Shown: positions 21,444 through 32,873, counted from the stretch's first letter. The stretch: DNA of 64,000 nt from Candidatus Hodarchaeota archaeon (GCA_048886685.1 JBHLKM010000006.1:64001-128000), one strand, 5' to 3'. Numbers and translations: made by a program. The notes: generated by a model not told the origin, from the letters alone.

Positions 21444-22934
21444 TTATGGAAGAGCAAGTCTTCCAGGATGCATTATAAAATTAGGATCTACAAGCTTCTT
21501 AAAAGCCCGTAAATATTTCCAGTACATTCCTGCTTGATAATAAGCTTGAATATGAATATACGGATCAGGCCTATAATTCAACCATCCTTGTTTCAAAGCA
21601 TATTCTGTTGTGTCTCTATTGAGTTCTTGAACCTTTTCAAAGTCAGACTGTTTTGTACTGTCGAAACAAACAATAGGCATACAAATTGCTTGTCTGCATC
21701 GTTCAATGCTCGCAATCCACATTACTGGAGGAAATCCATATTCTTCCATTTTTTTAGTGTACATCTCAGCAAAATGAGCACATTCTGGCCAAGGTGTATA
21801 CCACGTGATAAATAGAAATCCTGCTTCCCAGAAACTATATGGGATAGCAATTTTATTAGGTTTTTTCATTCTACTAGCGATTTGTTTTGGATGAAGTTGT
21901 TGTTTTATAATTGCGTCAGGGCTTTTTGCTCTTTTCTTAAAATCCTCTGCCATTTTATCAATTCTATTAGTAGCATAATCTAATTCTTCTTGAGTTTGCG
22001 CCCATGTTTCCCAATTCATCCACCATTGAGAGATTCCTATTTCTTTATAGAAATCATAATCATGTGGAACTTTATCCTTAGGCCACCTTGCCATAACGAG
22101 AGGATAATTACCTCCTTGGACCATTACAGTATTATGAGAGATACCAAATTCTTGTTTTGCAACTTCGAGAGTTAAATCTTGCATATCATAAGGATTATCC
22201 ATGCCCCAGACAACAACCGTTTTAAATTTAGGGTGTGGGTATATCTTAACAGCTGCTTTTGTAATAACTCCAAAAGAACCTTGACTTCCCATCAGGAAAC
22301 TCCACATATCTGGACCTAATCCATATTTATAGAAAGGTTTCGCAAATGGTAGCGCCCAAGAACCGGTACGTACGACATCACCATTAGGAAATACTATTTC
22401 CCCACACATAAAGTTATCTCCCTGTGGACCGACACTAGAAGTATAAAGTGAGAAACCTCTATCTATTGCATCACCCATAACAGTTGCTGCCGGAGGTGCA
22501 CCATCAGGTATAGGAGGAGCCCAATCTGGATGGTATTTGTGCATATAAGCCCAAAGTTCACCATTGGTAACCCCTGGTTCTATGATGCAAAAGCGATTCT
22601 CTTCATCAATTTCAATGATACGGTTCATTCTACCTAAATCGAGCAGAACTCCTCCAGGTTTAATTGTCGGACATGCAAATCCACCCGATAATCCGCCAGA
22701 AACGGGGCTAACCGCAATTTTTTCTTGAGTGCAATATACTAATATTTTACGTATCTCTTCTACATACTTTGGACGGATTACAATATCAGGAATTTGTGAT
22801 TCTAATCCCATAACCGATTTTGATAAGTAAGATGCAGTAATCGCTTTATTGTTTGTAGCATATTCCTTGCCGACAATACCAACCATAGCTTCTAAATCTT
22901 TTTCATCTGGTAATTTATAGCTCATAATTTCCAA
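21444..22934 (-). CDS. FAD-binding oxidoreductase (GlcD/VAO family)
   Basis: PDIVIRP, LDLGRMNRI, GSQGSFGVIT, DPNFIMHPG. Confidence 0.9.
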   Translation of the reverse strand: MEIMSYKLPDEKDLEAMVGIVGKEYATNNKAITASYLSKSVMGLESQIPDIVIRPKYVEEIRKILVYCTQEKIAVSPVSGGLSGGFACPTIKPGGVLLDLGRMNRIIEIDEENRFCIIEPGVTNGELWAYMHKYHPDWAPPIPDGAPPAATVMGDAIDRGFSLYTSSVGPQGDNFMCGEIVFPNGDVVRTGSWALPFAKPFYKYGLGPDMWSFLMGSQGSFGVITKAAVKIYPHPKFKTVVVWGMDNPYDMQDLTLEVAKQEFGISHNTVMVQGGNYPLVMARWPKDKVPHDYDFYKEIGISQWWMNWETWAQTQEELDYATNRIDKMAEDFKKRAKSPDAIIKQQLHPKQIASRMKKPNKIAIPYSFWEAGFLFITWYTPWPECAHFAEMYTKKMEEYGFPPVMWIASIERCRQAICMPIVCFDSTKQSDFEKVQELNRDTTEYALKQGWLNYRPDPYIHIQAYYQAGMYWKYLRAFKKLVDPNFIMHPGRLALP

Positions 22935-23123
22935 CCTTTTAATATTTCTTCAGTTTATTGTTTTTTTATATATAAATTTAATATTTTGGAAAATTAAGTA
23001 CTGAATTTTAAATTTTCTTATATCTTTTTCATACTAAAGATGATTTCTTTTTATAAAGAATACATATAACTTTTTTAAATGAATATATCAACTAAAATAA
23101 GGATATTTTATTGAAAATCTCAA

Positions 23124-23695
23124 TCAAATTTCTTGATCTAATACGATTTGATTATATATTTCACTTACATTTGAATTGGTTGAAGAACTTTTACGTCTTT
23201 TATCATAGATGATAAATTCGCGAAAAGCTTCATTATTTCCATCGATAAATTTCCAGAATTCTTCATAAATATCTTTTAAAGACATCTTTTTATTTGTTTC
23301 TACAATTTCTTTTATTAAATTCTTATTTTCTTTAGTTTTGCCATAAGTTTTAGATTGATATTCGAAAGATTTATCCTCATTCCTGACGATAAATTTTAAA
23401 TTTCAAAAGCCTCTTTACACTCCTTTTAGCTTTGATTAAAAACTCTAACGCCATTCCTTAATTTTTTTGAATTTTCTTGGTTTAATTCAAAATCTACCTT
23501 CTGATATCCTCGAATTTGTGAATTCTTATCTACAAAAACCTGAAAATGATGGGCACATATTAACCCCTTATGGATTGAAATTGTGGTCAAATGCGAGCCA
23601 TTTTTTATTTTTTTTTCAGAGATATCAATAAGATCCCTAGTTTTACAACTTGGGCCTACAACCTCAACTTTTTTGGTGGTTAGTGGAACCAACAT
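23124..23695 (-). pseudogene. Interrupted hypothetical gene, paralog of 58790-59632 N-domain (pseudogene or intron-containing)
   Basis: HFQVFVDKN...IRGYQKVD matches the paralog; TAA at 23426-23428 plus a frame change, then a coding-like frame ending MSLKDIYEEFWKFID...DKRR...QEI* (stop 23124-23126). Confidence 0.65.
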
Positions 23696-23996
23696 TATTA
23701 AAATAGATTGAATAAATTTTTCAAGGTTTTGAAATAATTCTTAATCTAATTATTTAAACACCTGCTTTTGTTGTTTCTTTAAATCGTGGTTTTTCTCATT
23801 TGTTTCAAATATAACTCAGAATTGAAATTTAAAATACCATCAAATTAACCAAGAAATAGAAAATACTACTTAATAATTACGTCGAAGATAATAAGGTATA
23901 AATACTCACTCTTCATAAATTTTAACCATTAGCAAATAAAATGTTATCCATTCATGAATAATAACAGGAAAATAACATAGAAGAGTGTTATGAAAA

Positions 23997-25004
23997 ATGA
24001 CTACTAATTTTGCTGAAACGCTTTCAAAAGTTCCCTTAACTGTTGATCCAGCAAAGATGTTAAAATGGTTTAATGAAGAAGCAGGTCCAGTATATTATTT
24101 GATGTTTGGTATAACTTATGAATGTCAGTGTAACTGCAGACATTGTTGTACCGGTAATTATATCAAAGAAAAACACAGAGATCTTACAACAGAAGAGATA
24201 AAAAGTGTGCTAGATCAAGCTGCTAAACCTATGGTTGTAAACTTTTTTGGAGGTGAACCAACATTAAGACCAGATTTAATTGAATTAATAAAGTATGCTG
24301 CAGAGAGATCGATGTTTGTCTTTACAGATACCAATGGTATAGTTGTTACGAAGGAATATGCTCAACAATTGAAAGACAATGGTCTGGAGTTGCTCTATGT
24401 TAGTATCGATAGTCCAGTTCCAAAATTACATGATCAATACCGTGGATATAAAGGCTGTTATGAAAAAGCTGTTGGAGCAATAAAAAATGCATTAGAGGTA
24501 GGATTAAAATGTGTAATTTCTACTTATATGACTAAAGATAGTTTAGCAAATGGTGATTTTGAAAGGGTAATTCAATTATCAAAAGATTTGGGCACTCATG
24601 GTGTAAGATATTTATTACCGACACCTGCAGGTAAATGGTTACGTGAAACCGATGTATTGTTAACTCCTGAAGAAAAAGAAAAAGTTTGGGCGCTAACAGA
24701 TTTTCCTTATGTCTGTAGAGATTTTTATTTTCAAACCCAATTTTCAAGTCAATGTGCAGGAGTAGCAGGTAAGGCTTATATCTATATTTCACCTTATGGT
24801 GACGTCCAACCTTGCTGTTTCATGCCCCTCTCTTTTGGAAATATCAGAGAAGAACCTTTAAAAACAGTTCTTAAGAGAATGTTTAATCATCCAATGTATA
24901 GTCATGAATGCATGCAGAATCAATGTCCAATGATAGATCCAGGCTTTAGAAAGAAGTATATTGATACTGTCCCAGACGACGCGAAACTGCCCTTTAGAAT
25001 GTAA
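23997..25004 (+). CDS. Radical SAM protein with SPASM/Twitch domain
   Basis: CQCNCRHC, GGEP, C...YISPYGDVQPC. Confidence 0.9.
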   Translation: MTTNFAETLSKVPLTVDPAKMLKWFNEEAGPVYYLMFGITYECQCNCRHCCTGNYIKEKHRDLTTEEIKSVLDQAAKPMVVNFFGGEPTLRPDLIELIKYAAERSMFVFTDTNGIVVTKEYAQQLKDNGLELLYVSIDSPVPKLHDQYRGYKGCYEKAVGAIKNALEVGLKCVISTYMTKDSLANGDFERVIQLSKDLGTHGVRYLLPTPAGKWLRETDVLLTPEEKEKVWALTDFPYVCRDFYFQTQFSSQCAGVAGKAYIYISPYGDVQPCCFMPLSFGNIREEPLKTVLKRMFNHPMYSHECMQNQCPMIDPGFRKKYIDTVPDDAKLPFRM

Positions 25005-25052
25005 TGTTTAAATCCAATTCAATTTTTTAATTTAAACAATTAAATTATTTAC

Positions 25053-25084
25053 TTTGAAAGCTAAAACGCTCTCCTGCTTTCAAA
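25053..25084 (+). other. Intergenic stem-loop
   Basis: TTTGAAAGC...GCTTTCAAA perfect 9-bp stem; function unknown. Confidence 0.4.
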
Positions 25085-25167
25085 AGGTAATCTGACCCTA
25101 AGCCAATCTTTAAGTGAAAATAATAATTTTTTCTATCATTGTGATTAAATTTTTTTGATTTTAAGAA

Positions 25168-26583
25168 ATGTTGAAAAACACCTCAGAAATGGATATTTTT
25201 TTTAACCCTAAGACAGTAGCAATAATAGGAGCATCAGAAAAACCAAAGTTTGGTGTAGGAACAACAACCTATCTTCTAAATTCTAAGTTTAAGACTTATC
25301 CAGTTAATATAACCAGCGATACTATTTTTGGTCATAAAGCTTATAAAAGTGTTAAGGATATACCAGATCACATTGATTTAGCTATAATAATCGTTAGTAA
25401 TGAATTCGTACTTCAATCCGTAAAAGACTGTGTTGAAAAAAGAGTAAAAGGAATAATTATAGAATCAGCTGGATTTGCGGAAACAGGTACAGCAAAATAT
25501 GCAAAAATACAAAATGAAATCGAATCGATAGCAAAAGTATCAAAAATCCGTATTATCGGACCAAATTGTATAGGGCTAACAAATTTTCATAATGAATTTA
25601 CAACATCAGACATGGATTTTGAACAAGCAATAAAAGGTGATATTGCTGTTATAGCCCAATCGGGTGTATTAGGAAATGTATTTATTGATTGGGCTAACAG
25701 TCAAGGGATTGGTTTTTCAAAAGCAATAACGATTGGGAATAAAGTTGATGTTGACGAAGTTGATCTTTTAGAATATTTAAATGAAGATCCTGAAACAAAA
25801 GTAATAGCTCTTTACTTGGAAGGAACAAAAAGAGGTAAACTACTAAAACAAGCACTAGGAAAGATGACAAAACCAGTATTAATTCTTAAAAACGGGAGAA
25901 GTGATATTGGGTCTAGAGCGGTTAATAGTCATACAGGTTCAATAGCGGGGAATGACCGGATTTACGATGCTCTATTCAACCAATACTCAAATGTATTTAG
26001 AGTTGATAACTTTTATGAATTGTTTAATATTGCCCAAGTTTTTGCCACACAGCCTTTATTGAAAGGAAAAAACGTAGCAATTGTTACTGGTTCAGGAAGT
26101 TTAGGCGCTTTAGCCTGCGATGAAATCGAAAAGCAAGAGTTGAAGCTTGCTAATTTAGAAAAAACTACTATTGAAAAAATAAAATCTGTTATCCCAAATT
26201 GGGTATCAATCGGAGGAACCATTGATTTAGGACCCTCGATGTTTCAGACATTTATACCTTCTATTAAGGCAATTTTTCAAGATAATAATGCGGACTGTAT
26301 ATTATATATTTTTTCTGTACCAAGAGTACCCCTCCAAAGAATGGCTACATTTGCATTAGAGGGAATCAGAGAACAATTTACTGTTTTGAAACAAACTGCT
26401 GAGAAATTTAAAAAACCTTGTATTATTGTTTGTTTTGGTTCAAGATGGGTATTTGACTTTGTACGTGAAGCAGCAGCTCATTCTGGATCAAAACTAATTA
26501 TTCCCATCATGACTAGAATAAATCAAGCAATAAAAGCTTTCAAAATGATGTATAACTACAACTTTTCGCTCCAAAGTGAATAA
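25168..26583 (+). CDS. ADP-forming acyl-CoA synthetase alpha subunit (AcdA-like)
   Basis: IIGAS, GPNC, QSG, SHTGSIAG. Confidence 0.9.
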   Translation: MLKNTSEMDIFFNPKTVAIIGASEKPKFGVGTTTYLLNSKFKTYPVNITSDTIFGHKAYKSVKDIPDHIDLAIIIVSNEFVLQSVKDCVEKRVKGIIIESAGFAETGTAKYAKIQNEIESIAKVSKIRIIGPNCIGLTNFHNEFTTSDMDFEQAIKGDIAVIAQSGVLGNVFIDWANSQGIGFSKAITIGNKVDVDEVDLLEYLNEDPETKVIALYLEGTKRGKLLKQALGKMTKPVLILKNGRSDIGSRAVNSHTGSIAGNDRIYDALFNQYSNVFRVDNFYELFNIAQVFATQPLLKGKNVAIVTGSGSLGALACDEIEKQELKLANLEKTTIEKIKSVIPNWVSIGGTIDLGPSMFQTFIPSIKAIFQDNNADCILYIFSVPRVPLQRMATFALEGIREQFTVLKQTAEKFKKPCIIVCFGSRWVFDFVREAAAHSGSKLIIPIMTRINQAIKAFKMMYNYNFSLQSE

Positions 26584-26722
26584 AGTAATTATTTTAAGGA
26601 ATTTCACTTAAAATTTTTCCTTTTTTTTCTTTAAATCCTTAAACTACAAGTTTTAAAAATTGGACTCCAAATTTTTTTAATTTGAGTAAGATCACATTTT
26701 AATTAAAAAAAAATAATAAAAA

Positions 26723-27244
26723 TTGAGTGATAGAGAAATGAATGAAGTAAGTATTTTTGGTGTACCATGGGAAGAAATTGTGAATTGGTATATAGCTCAA
26801 CCTTTATATGGACAAATCCTGGTATTAATAGGTGTATTCGCAGTATTAGCATTAGCAGTTGTTATTGTTTATTATGTCCTAAAGGGAGTAGCTTATTTAG
26901 TATATTACGTTATTAAGGGAATTTATTACCTTTTGAAAGGAATTGGATTGCTATTCTACAAGATATTTGAAGGTTTATATTATGCCATTTCAGGGAAACC
27001 AAAACCTCAACCAGCACCAACCCAAGATCAACAGTCGCTGCCTCAAATTGAAAAGGAACCAGAACCAATAGTTCCTGTTCAGAGAACATATCAAACAGTA
27101 CTCTCTGATGTGGCCTTTTGTAGTGAATGTGGTAGTAAATTCTCAGATTCAATGGTTCAAACCTTATCTAGTAAAGGATTTGTTTATTGTATCCATTGTG
27201 GGAAAGGTTTTCAAGCCAATTCAATGAAAATTGAATCCCAATAA
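26723..27244 (+). CDS. Membrane protein with C-terminal double Zn ribbon
   Basis: Hydrophobic N-half; CSECG...CIHCG. Confidence 0.75.
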   Translation: MSDREMNEVSIFGVPWEEIVNWYIAQPLYGQILVLIGVFAVLALAVVIVYYVLKGVAYLVYYVIKGIYYLLKGIGLLFYKIFEGLYYAISGKPKPQPAPTQDQQSLPQIEKEPEPIVPVQRTYQTVLSDVAFCSECGSKFSDSMVQTLSSKGFVYCIHCGKGFQANSMKIESQ

Positions 27245-27363
27245 TTTCTTAATTTTCTTTTTTTTGATTTTTTTATAATTAGGAACAAAAATAAATAATA
27301 AACTTATAGTTGAATTTCTTCTTTTCTTGATTAAATCTTTTCTTTAAAAAATTTATGATTTAA

Positions 27364-28695
27364 ATGAACCCCAACATAAGAATTGTTTTAATTGGAGCAG
27401 GGAGTGCAGCTTTTGGTCCTCCAACTTTAATGGATTTAACTTCGAGTAAAGTGTTATCTGGATCTACAATAGTGCTCCATGATATCGACAAAGTAAAATT
27501 AGAAAGAGTCTATGATATTGTTTTCAAAGAAAATGAAATAATGGGGAATAGATTTTTTATTGAAAAGACGATACACAGAAAAACAGCAATAAAAGATGCT
27601 GATTTCGTTATAGTGGCAATAGAAAATGGTGATAGATTTCCATTACGAAGACAAGATAACGCAATTCCACGGAAACATGGCTCAACTGAAATGATGGCTG
27701 AAAATGGGGGTCCAGGGGGTTTTTTTCATTCAGCTCGTCAAATACCTGAACATGTAAGAATTGGACAAGATATGATGAAATATTGTCCTGATGCTTTTCT
27801 GATAGTCTATTCTAACCCTATATCAAGAATTTGCTTAGCTCTTAAAAGAACTGTTCCAGATTTAAAATTAGTGGGATTATGCCATCAAATTGAACTTTTA
27901 ACAAAACATCATTTATCAGATATGTTAGATAAAAGGAAAAGTGAAATAAAAGTAATCACAGGTGGTTTAAATCATTTTGGATTTTTATTAGGACTAGAAG
28001 ATTTATCAACTGGAAGAGATCTATTACCTGAATTTAACATGAAATGCATGGAATATTTTAAAGATAAATGGCATAGATTTCATTTTGCTGACCTTACATT
28101 TGAATTATATAAAAGGACTGGATACTTCTGCTATGCCGGAGATAATCATGTTTGTGAATATTTACAAATTGGTTCTCAGCATACTAAAATTGAAGATATA
28201 CTTGATTGGTTGGATTTAATGGAATCAGGCAAAATTGCTGTAAATAAATGGTTAAAGGGATATTTTAACCGACTAAAGAAAGGAAGATATCCTGAAAAAG
28301 GGATATTGTTATCTGCTCATTCTGAGGAACGAGGTATTCCTATCATTGAGGCAATTCTTACAAATCGTAATCCATATGAGATGGCAATAAATATTCCAAA
28401 TGACGGAATAATTGATAATCTTCCTCAGGATCTTATTGTAGAATGTTCTGCATATGTTAATAAAGATGGTTTTCAAGGAGTGAAACTTGGAACAATTCCA
28501 AAAACTATTGCTGCTTTATTACAGATTGAAGCATCCATACAAGATGTCTGTGTAGAAGCTATTTTAAAGGAATCAAAGGAACTTGCTATAGCGTGCCTTG
28601 CTATGGATGTTAATTGCGGGAGTTTTGAGATGGCTGAAGCGATATTCAATGAGATGAATAGGATTCAAAAAAAGCTTCTGCCCAAATTTAAGTAA
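27364..28695 (+). CDS. Glycoside hydrolase family 4 (alpha-galactosidase/glucosidase-like)
   Basis: IGAGS, ENGGPGG, YSNP, GLCH, GLNH. Confidence 0.9.
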   Translation: MNPNIRIVLIGAGSAAFGPPTLMDLTSSKVLSGSTIVLHDIDKVKLERVYDIVFKENEIMGNRFFIEKTIHRKTAIKDADFVIVAIENGDRFPLRRQDNAIPRKHGSTEMMAENGGPGGFFHSARQIPEHVRIGQDMMKYCPDAFLIVYSNPISRICLALKRTVPDLKLVGLCHQIELLTKHHLSDMLDKRKSEIKVITGGLNHFGFLLGLEDLSTGRDLLPEFNMKCMEYFKDKWHRFHFADLTFELYKRTGYFCYAGDNHVCEYLQIGSQHTKIEDILDWLDLMESGKIAVNKWLKGYFNRLKKGRYPEKGILLSAHSEERGIPIIEAILTNRNPYEMAINIPNDGIIDNLPQDLIVECSAYVNKDGFQGVKLGTIPKTIAALLQIEASIQDVCVEAILKESKELAIACLAMDVNCGSFEMAEAIFNEMNRIQKKLLPKFK

Positions 28696-28762
28696 AACCT
28701 TCATAAATTTTTACCTCTGGTTATTTTCAAAGTATTTTATCCAAAAAGATTAAAATATAAAA

Positions 28763-30145
28763 GTGATAATTTTTATCTCATTACTATTTACAAAAAAGGT
28801 TAAGGATATGAGAAGTAAAAATTTGAAATCAATATTAGTGTTTTCAGTCATTATTAATCTTGCTCTTTTAGGAATATTTTTAATTCCAAGAAGCTTTGGC
28901 GCTCCTTTGCCAAAAACTTCAAGTATTGGAATTGATGGGATTATAACTGAAGAGGAATGGTCGAATGCGGATTGGAATATATCTTTTTATCTAGATGTTA
29001 ATAATACAGCAGATTGGAACGGAAAAATTAATGTTGATGGGAATAACACTATGTACCTTGGACAAGATAGAAGTAATCTTTATATTGCACTTGATCTTTG
29101 GTGTGATAGATCTGATAACTCAACTGAAGAATGGGTTGGTGTATGGTTAAATACGATAAATAGAACTTTCAGTGACCCTATAGAATGGATGGGTTATCTA
29201 AATGACGGTGCAGAATCATTAATCCACAATGTAGAAACAGACCAACCTTGGGATCCGTTTAAAGATTATGATACAGGTTATACTCAGTATTTGGAAGATG
29301 ATAATGCATATACATCCATATATGGAGAAACTGAAGGAACTTGGAGTAACTTCCAATATTTTTTCCAACCTGACTTCAATATTACTTCCGAATTAGTAAA
29401 TTCAGATCACTTATATAGATTAGATTTTTCAATTGATATAGATGACTGGTTTCCCTATTTTGAAGTGTATGATGTGATTCAAGGAATGGAAGTTGATATA
29501 CGTACTAAATCAAATATTACTATAGATAATCATGACATTATTTTTTGGTATAATGATGGATCAATGCCCCCAATGACAGATAGTGATCAAGTTAAGCCTT
29601 TAAATAAAGGAACTTCTTACCAAACGGAAGGGATTTCCTATGGTATGGGAAATTTGACGGCTGATCACATATTCAAGTTTAGTCTGTTCGGAAATCATTC
29701 AAATCCTTTCACGATTAACTTGGATATTTTGACCTTTGCATTCTTCTTAAATGCGAGTAATTGGCCAGGCCTCGTTGGGTGGCCACTTTCCTCAATAAAA
29801 AATTATCAAATAGAGTGGGGATTCGGACCAAGTCCCGGGAATACAACAGACCATCGCATGTTTGAAATATCAATACCTAAAAGCGAACTTGAGCGTTATA
29901 AATCTAACACAGAATTGGGTATTGTTGTTGGGGGGTATGGTACTATGGCAATTGTGGGAACAAACTGGTGGGTTTTTTCAAAAGTAAACCATTACGTTCC
30001 ATATATGGATAGCTCTCAATATAATTATTACAAAATGGTAGGCATCCCTTCCAAAGCGATTCCAGGATTCAATATTCTCTTAATATTAGCAACTATGGGC
30101 TTAATTTCGATAGTTATCTTTAAAAAAGAGTCAAAAAAGTTTTAA
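28763..30145 (+). CDS. Exported DOMON/CBM9-like protein with Loki-CTERM-type sorting tail
   Basis: Signal peptide; IDGIITEEEW, LYIAL, FEISIP; tail AIPGFN-TM-KKESKKF. Confidence 0.7.
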   Translation: MIIFISLLFTKKVKDMRSKNLKSILVFSVIINLALLGIFLIPRSFGAPLPKTSSIGIDGIITEEEWSNADWNISFYLDVNNTADWNGKINVDGNNTMYLGQDRSNLYIALDLWCDRSDNSTEEWVGVWLNTINRTFSDPIEWMGYLNDGAESLIHNVETDQPWDPFKDYDTGYTQYLEDDNAYTSIYGETEGTWSNFQYFFQPDFNITSELVNSDHLYRLDFSIDIDDWFPYFEVYDVIQGMEVDIRTKSNITIDNHDIIFWYNDGSMPPMTDSDQVKPLNKGTSYQTEGISYGMGNLTADHIFKFSLFGNHSNPFTINLDILTFAFFLNASNWPGLVGWPLSSIKNYQIEWGFGPSPGNTTDHRMFEISIPKSELERYKSNTELGIVVGGYGTMAIVGTNWWVFSKVNHYVPYMDSSQYNYYKMVGIPSKAIPGFNILLILATMGLISIVIFKKESKKF

Positions 30146-30482
30146 TTTTTAATTCTCCATTTTTTTGCAATTTAAGAATTCAATTTGATGATATTGGGAA
30201 TTATATTTTAAATGAAATTGATTTAAATACCAATTTTGTGTTTTAATAAAATATAGAATAAGGTTAGGAAAATTCCTTCTTACCTGAAAACAATCTCCTT
30301 ACATCAACCACATTTTTGGGATTTTCTACCTTTTCTTTCTTATTTCTTACCTTTCTACTCATACAAAATTATAGAACTCTCTCTAAATTTAAAAATAATT
30401 ACTATTAAATATCCTAGTATCTTACATTATAATTATCGAATTTTTTAAACTAGAAAAATATTCTTAACGAAAATGATCAAAA

Positions 30483-32216
30483 ATGACTCAAGAAATTACT
30501 GAAAAAAGCCCATATGCTTCAAAAATATGGCTAAAATCATATGATGATCATGTTAAGCCCGAGTTTGACTTTGAATTAATCTCTTTAGCTGAGATGATGA
30601 AAAACTCCGTTAAAGAATTCCCAGATAGTCTGTGTTATGATTTTCAAACGGAAAAAGTTACATTTCAAGAAGCAGAAAGGCAAGTTATTAGTTTTGCTAA
30701 CTTTCTTGTAGAGAATGATTTGAAAAAGGGAGATAGAGTAGCTATTATGTTACCTAATCTTCCCCAATATTTCATTGGGTTGTGGGGGACCTTCTATGCT
30801 GGATGCACTTCAACAGGTATGAATTTTCTTTTACAAGTACCTGAAATTATATATCAATTAAAAGATAGTGGTGCCGTAGCATTATTAACACTTGATTCTT
30901 TTTATGAGGAAAAAGTGAGAACAGCTCTAGAAACGGGGAAAACTGATGTTAAAATTGTAATAACCACGAATGTAGCAGATGTTTTAAGTATTGATGAAAC
31001 TATGAAAGAGCAATTAATTAAAATAGGAAGAGTACCTTTCGGGGAAGTAATACCAATTGATAATATTAGATTTTTTAATTTTAAAGAAATATTGAATAAC
31101 TACCCAAATGATAAAGCTCCTTTAGTTGAAAGTGATCCCAAAAATGATATTGCTTTCTTACAATACACAGGTGGAACTACGGGTCCACCAAAAGGTGCTA
31201 TTCTCACCCACGAGAATATTTTATATAATATTAAACATACATTTAATTGGTTTGAACCAGGTGCACATATAGGTCAAGATATGTATATGTCTGGCTTTCC
31301 ATTTTTCCATTTAGCAGGGATGTCGCTAAATTATGCGGCAGTACACTCAGCCGCCGCACAAATATTTATACCTGATCCAAGAGATACTACTTATTTTATC
31401 AATAAATCAAAGCAATATCAAGATAAAATCAATTTGTTAGCTAATGTTCCTACTCTATATTTAATGCTCATGGCTGACCGTAAATTTAAAAGGGTAAAGT
31501 TTCGAGATGACGTAGGATTTATATCGGGTGCTGCTCCTTTCCCTTCAGAAAGCATAATGGAGTTCGAAGAGATTATGGGCAAAGAAAAGGTCATAGAATG
31601 CTACGGCATGACTGAGGCTTCTCCAATTGTCACTTTTAATCCTTATCTTGGGCCTAAGAAAATTGGAACCGTAGGGATACCTGTATCAAATACCGATGTT
31701 AAAATAGTTAGTATTGAGGATGGGATAACTGAGGTTCCCTTGGGTGAACCTGGTGAGATTGTTATTAAGGGACCTCAAATTTTTAAAGGGTATTGGAATA
31801 AACCAGAAGAAACAAAGCACGCTCTTAGAGATGGATGGTTTTATTCAGGAGATGTTGGTGTGATGGATGAGGATGGTTATATCACAATTATTGACCGTAC
31901 AAAAGACATGATAAATGTTAGTGGCTATAAAGTTTTTAGTGTAGAAGTTGATGATAAAATGAATAAACATCCGGCAATCGAATTATGCGCTAGTATAGGT
32001 GTTCCTGATCCTGATCGTCCAGGTTCAGAATTTGTTAAATTATATGTGCTTCTAAAAGAAGGATTTGAACCATCAGAGGAAACCAAAGCTGATATTTTGA
32101 AGTTTGCTCAAGACAATCTAGCAAAATATAAAATACCTAGAATTATTGAAATACTAAAAGAATTACCCTTAACAACTATAGGTAAAGTTGATAAGAAAGT
32201 TCTTAGAAAAATATAA
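30483..32216 (+). CDS. Long-chain fatty acid--CoA ligase
   Basis: YTGGTTGPPKG, YGMTE, SGD, DRTKD, GKVDK. Confidence 0.92.
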   Translation: MTQEITEKSPYASKIWLKSYDDHVKPEFDFELISLAEMMKNSVKEFPDSLCYDFQTEKVTFQEAERQVISFANFLVENDLKKGDRVAIMLPNLPQYFIGLWGTFYAGCTSTGMNFLLQVPEIIYQLKDSGAVALLTLDSFYEEKVRTALETGKTDVKIVITTNVADVLSIDETMKEQLIKIGRVPFGEVIPIDNIRFFNFKEILNNYPNDKAPLVESDPKNDIAFLQYTGGTTGPPKGAILTHENILYNIKHTFNWFEPGAHIGQDMYMSGFPFFHLAGMSLNYAAVHSAAAQIFIPDPRDTTYFINKSKQYQDKINLLANVPTLYLMLMADRKFKRVKFRDDVGFISGAAPFPSESIMEFEEIMGKEKVIECYGMTEASPIVTFNPYLGPKKIGTVGIPVSNTDVKIVSIEDGITEVPLGEPGEIVIKGPQIFKGYWNKPEETKHALRDGWFYSGDVGVMDEDGYITIIDRTKDMINVSGYKVFSVEVDDKMNKHPAIELCASIGVPDPDRPGSEFVKLYVLLKEGFEPSEETKADILKFAQDNLAKYKIPRIIEILKELPLTTIGKVDKKVLRKI

Positions 32217-32241
32217 TCAATTCTTTTTTTCTTTTTGTTTT

Positions 32242-32829
32242 TTAATTCTGGAAATACTGTCTATAAATACTATAATAGCCATAAAGAGCTAAAAAAAAAT
32301 GAACCAGAATACAGGGAATAATACCTACACGTAGAAAAATATAACCCGTATATAATCCAAGTAGGAATGGATATCCAAGATTTACTAAAAGAATAATTGA
32401 ATTTTTATAGCGAAACCATATGTGAATGTGATATATAGAAAAAAATAAACTTGATAAAAAAATAACTATAACTGGTTCTAATTCTAACGTGTAATCTAAA
32501 AATCCAATGGTATAATATCTAAAAATTAATTCTTCCGTTATGATAATTATTGGAAAGAAAAACCAAATGATTAATTTACTTCTACCATTGATTAAAGCAT
32601 TAATTACATCATTCTTTCTCAAAAATTCAACAATTTTTCGATTATAGCCAAAAATTTCTACAATTTTACCAATAAATAATAGTATGAATAATCCAATTAT
32701 GGTTATTAAAATTACAACCCAATTTAATTCTTTTATAGTAAAATATTCAAGATAAAGCCCAAAGATCATTGGAATGGTTAAAATAACAAATATCGTCGTG
32801 ATAAAAATGTATTTTCTTACCTTAATCAA
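32242..32829 (-). CDS. CPBP (Rce1/Abi CAAX-protease-like) intramembrane protease
   Basis: EELIFR, FSIYH, H motif. Confidence 0.85.
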   Translation of the reverse strand: MIKVRKYIFITTIFVILTIPMIFGLYLEYFTIKELNWVVILITIIGLFILLFIGKIVEIFGYNRKIVEFLRKNDVINALINGRSKLIIWFFFPIIIITEELIFRYYTIGFLDYTLELEPVIVIFLSSLFFSIYHIHIWFRYKNSIILLVNLGYPFLLGLYTGYIFLRVGIIPCILVHFFLALYGYYSIYRQYFQN

Positions 32830-32873
32830 TTTTTCACAGCACTAATTATTTTTTTTATATAAAAAATTAGAAT

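Noticed and set aside
30255-30363. Short minus-strand ORF (MSRKVRNK...) ending in a hairpin with an AGGU/ACCU helix
   Set aside because: Predicted excision reaches a stop within a few codons; no outer helix; no protein restored
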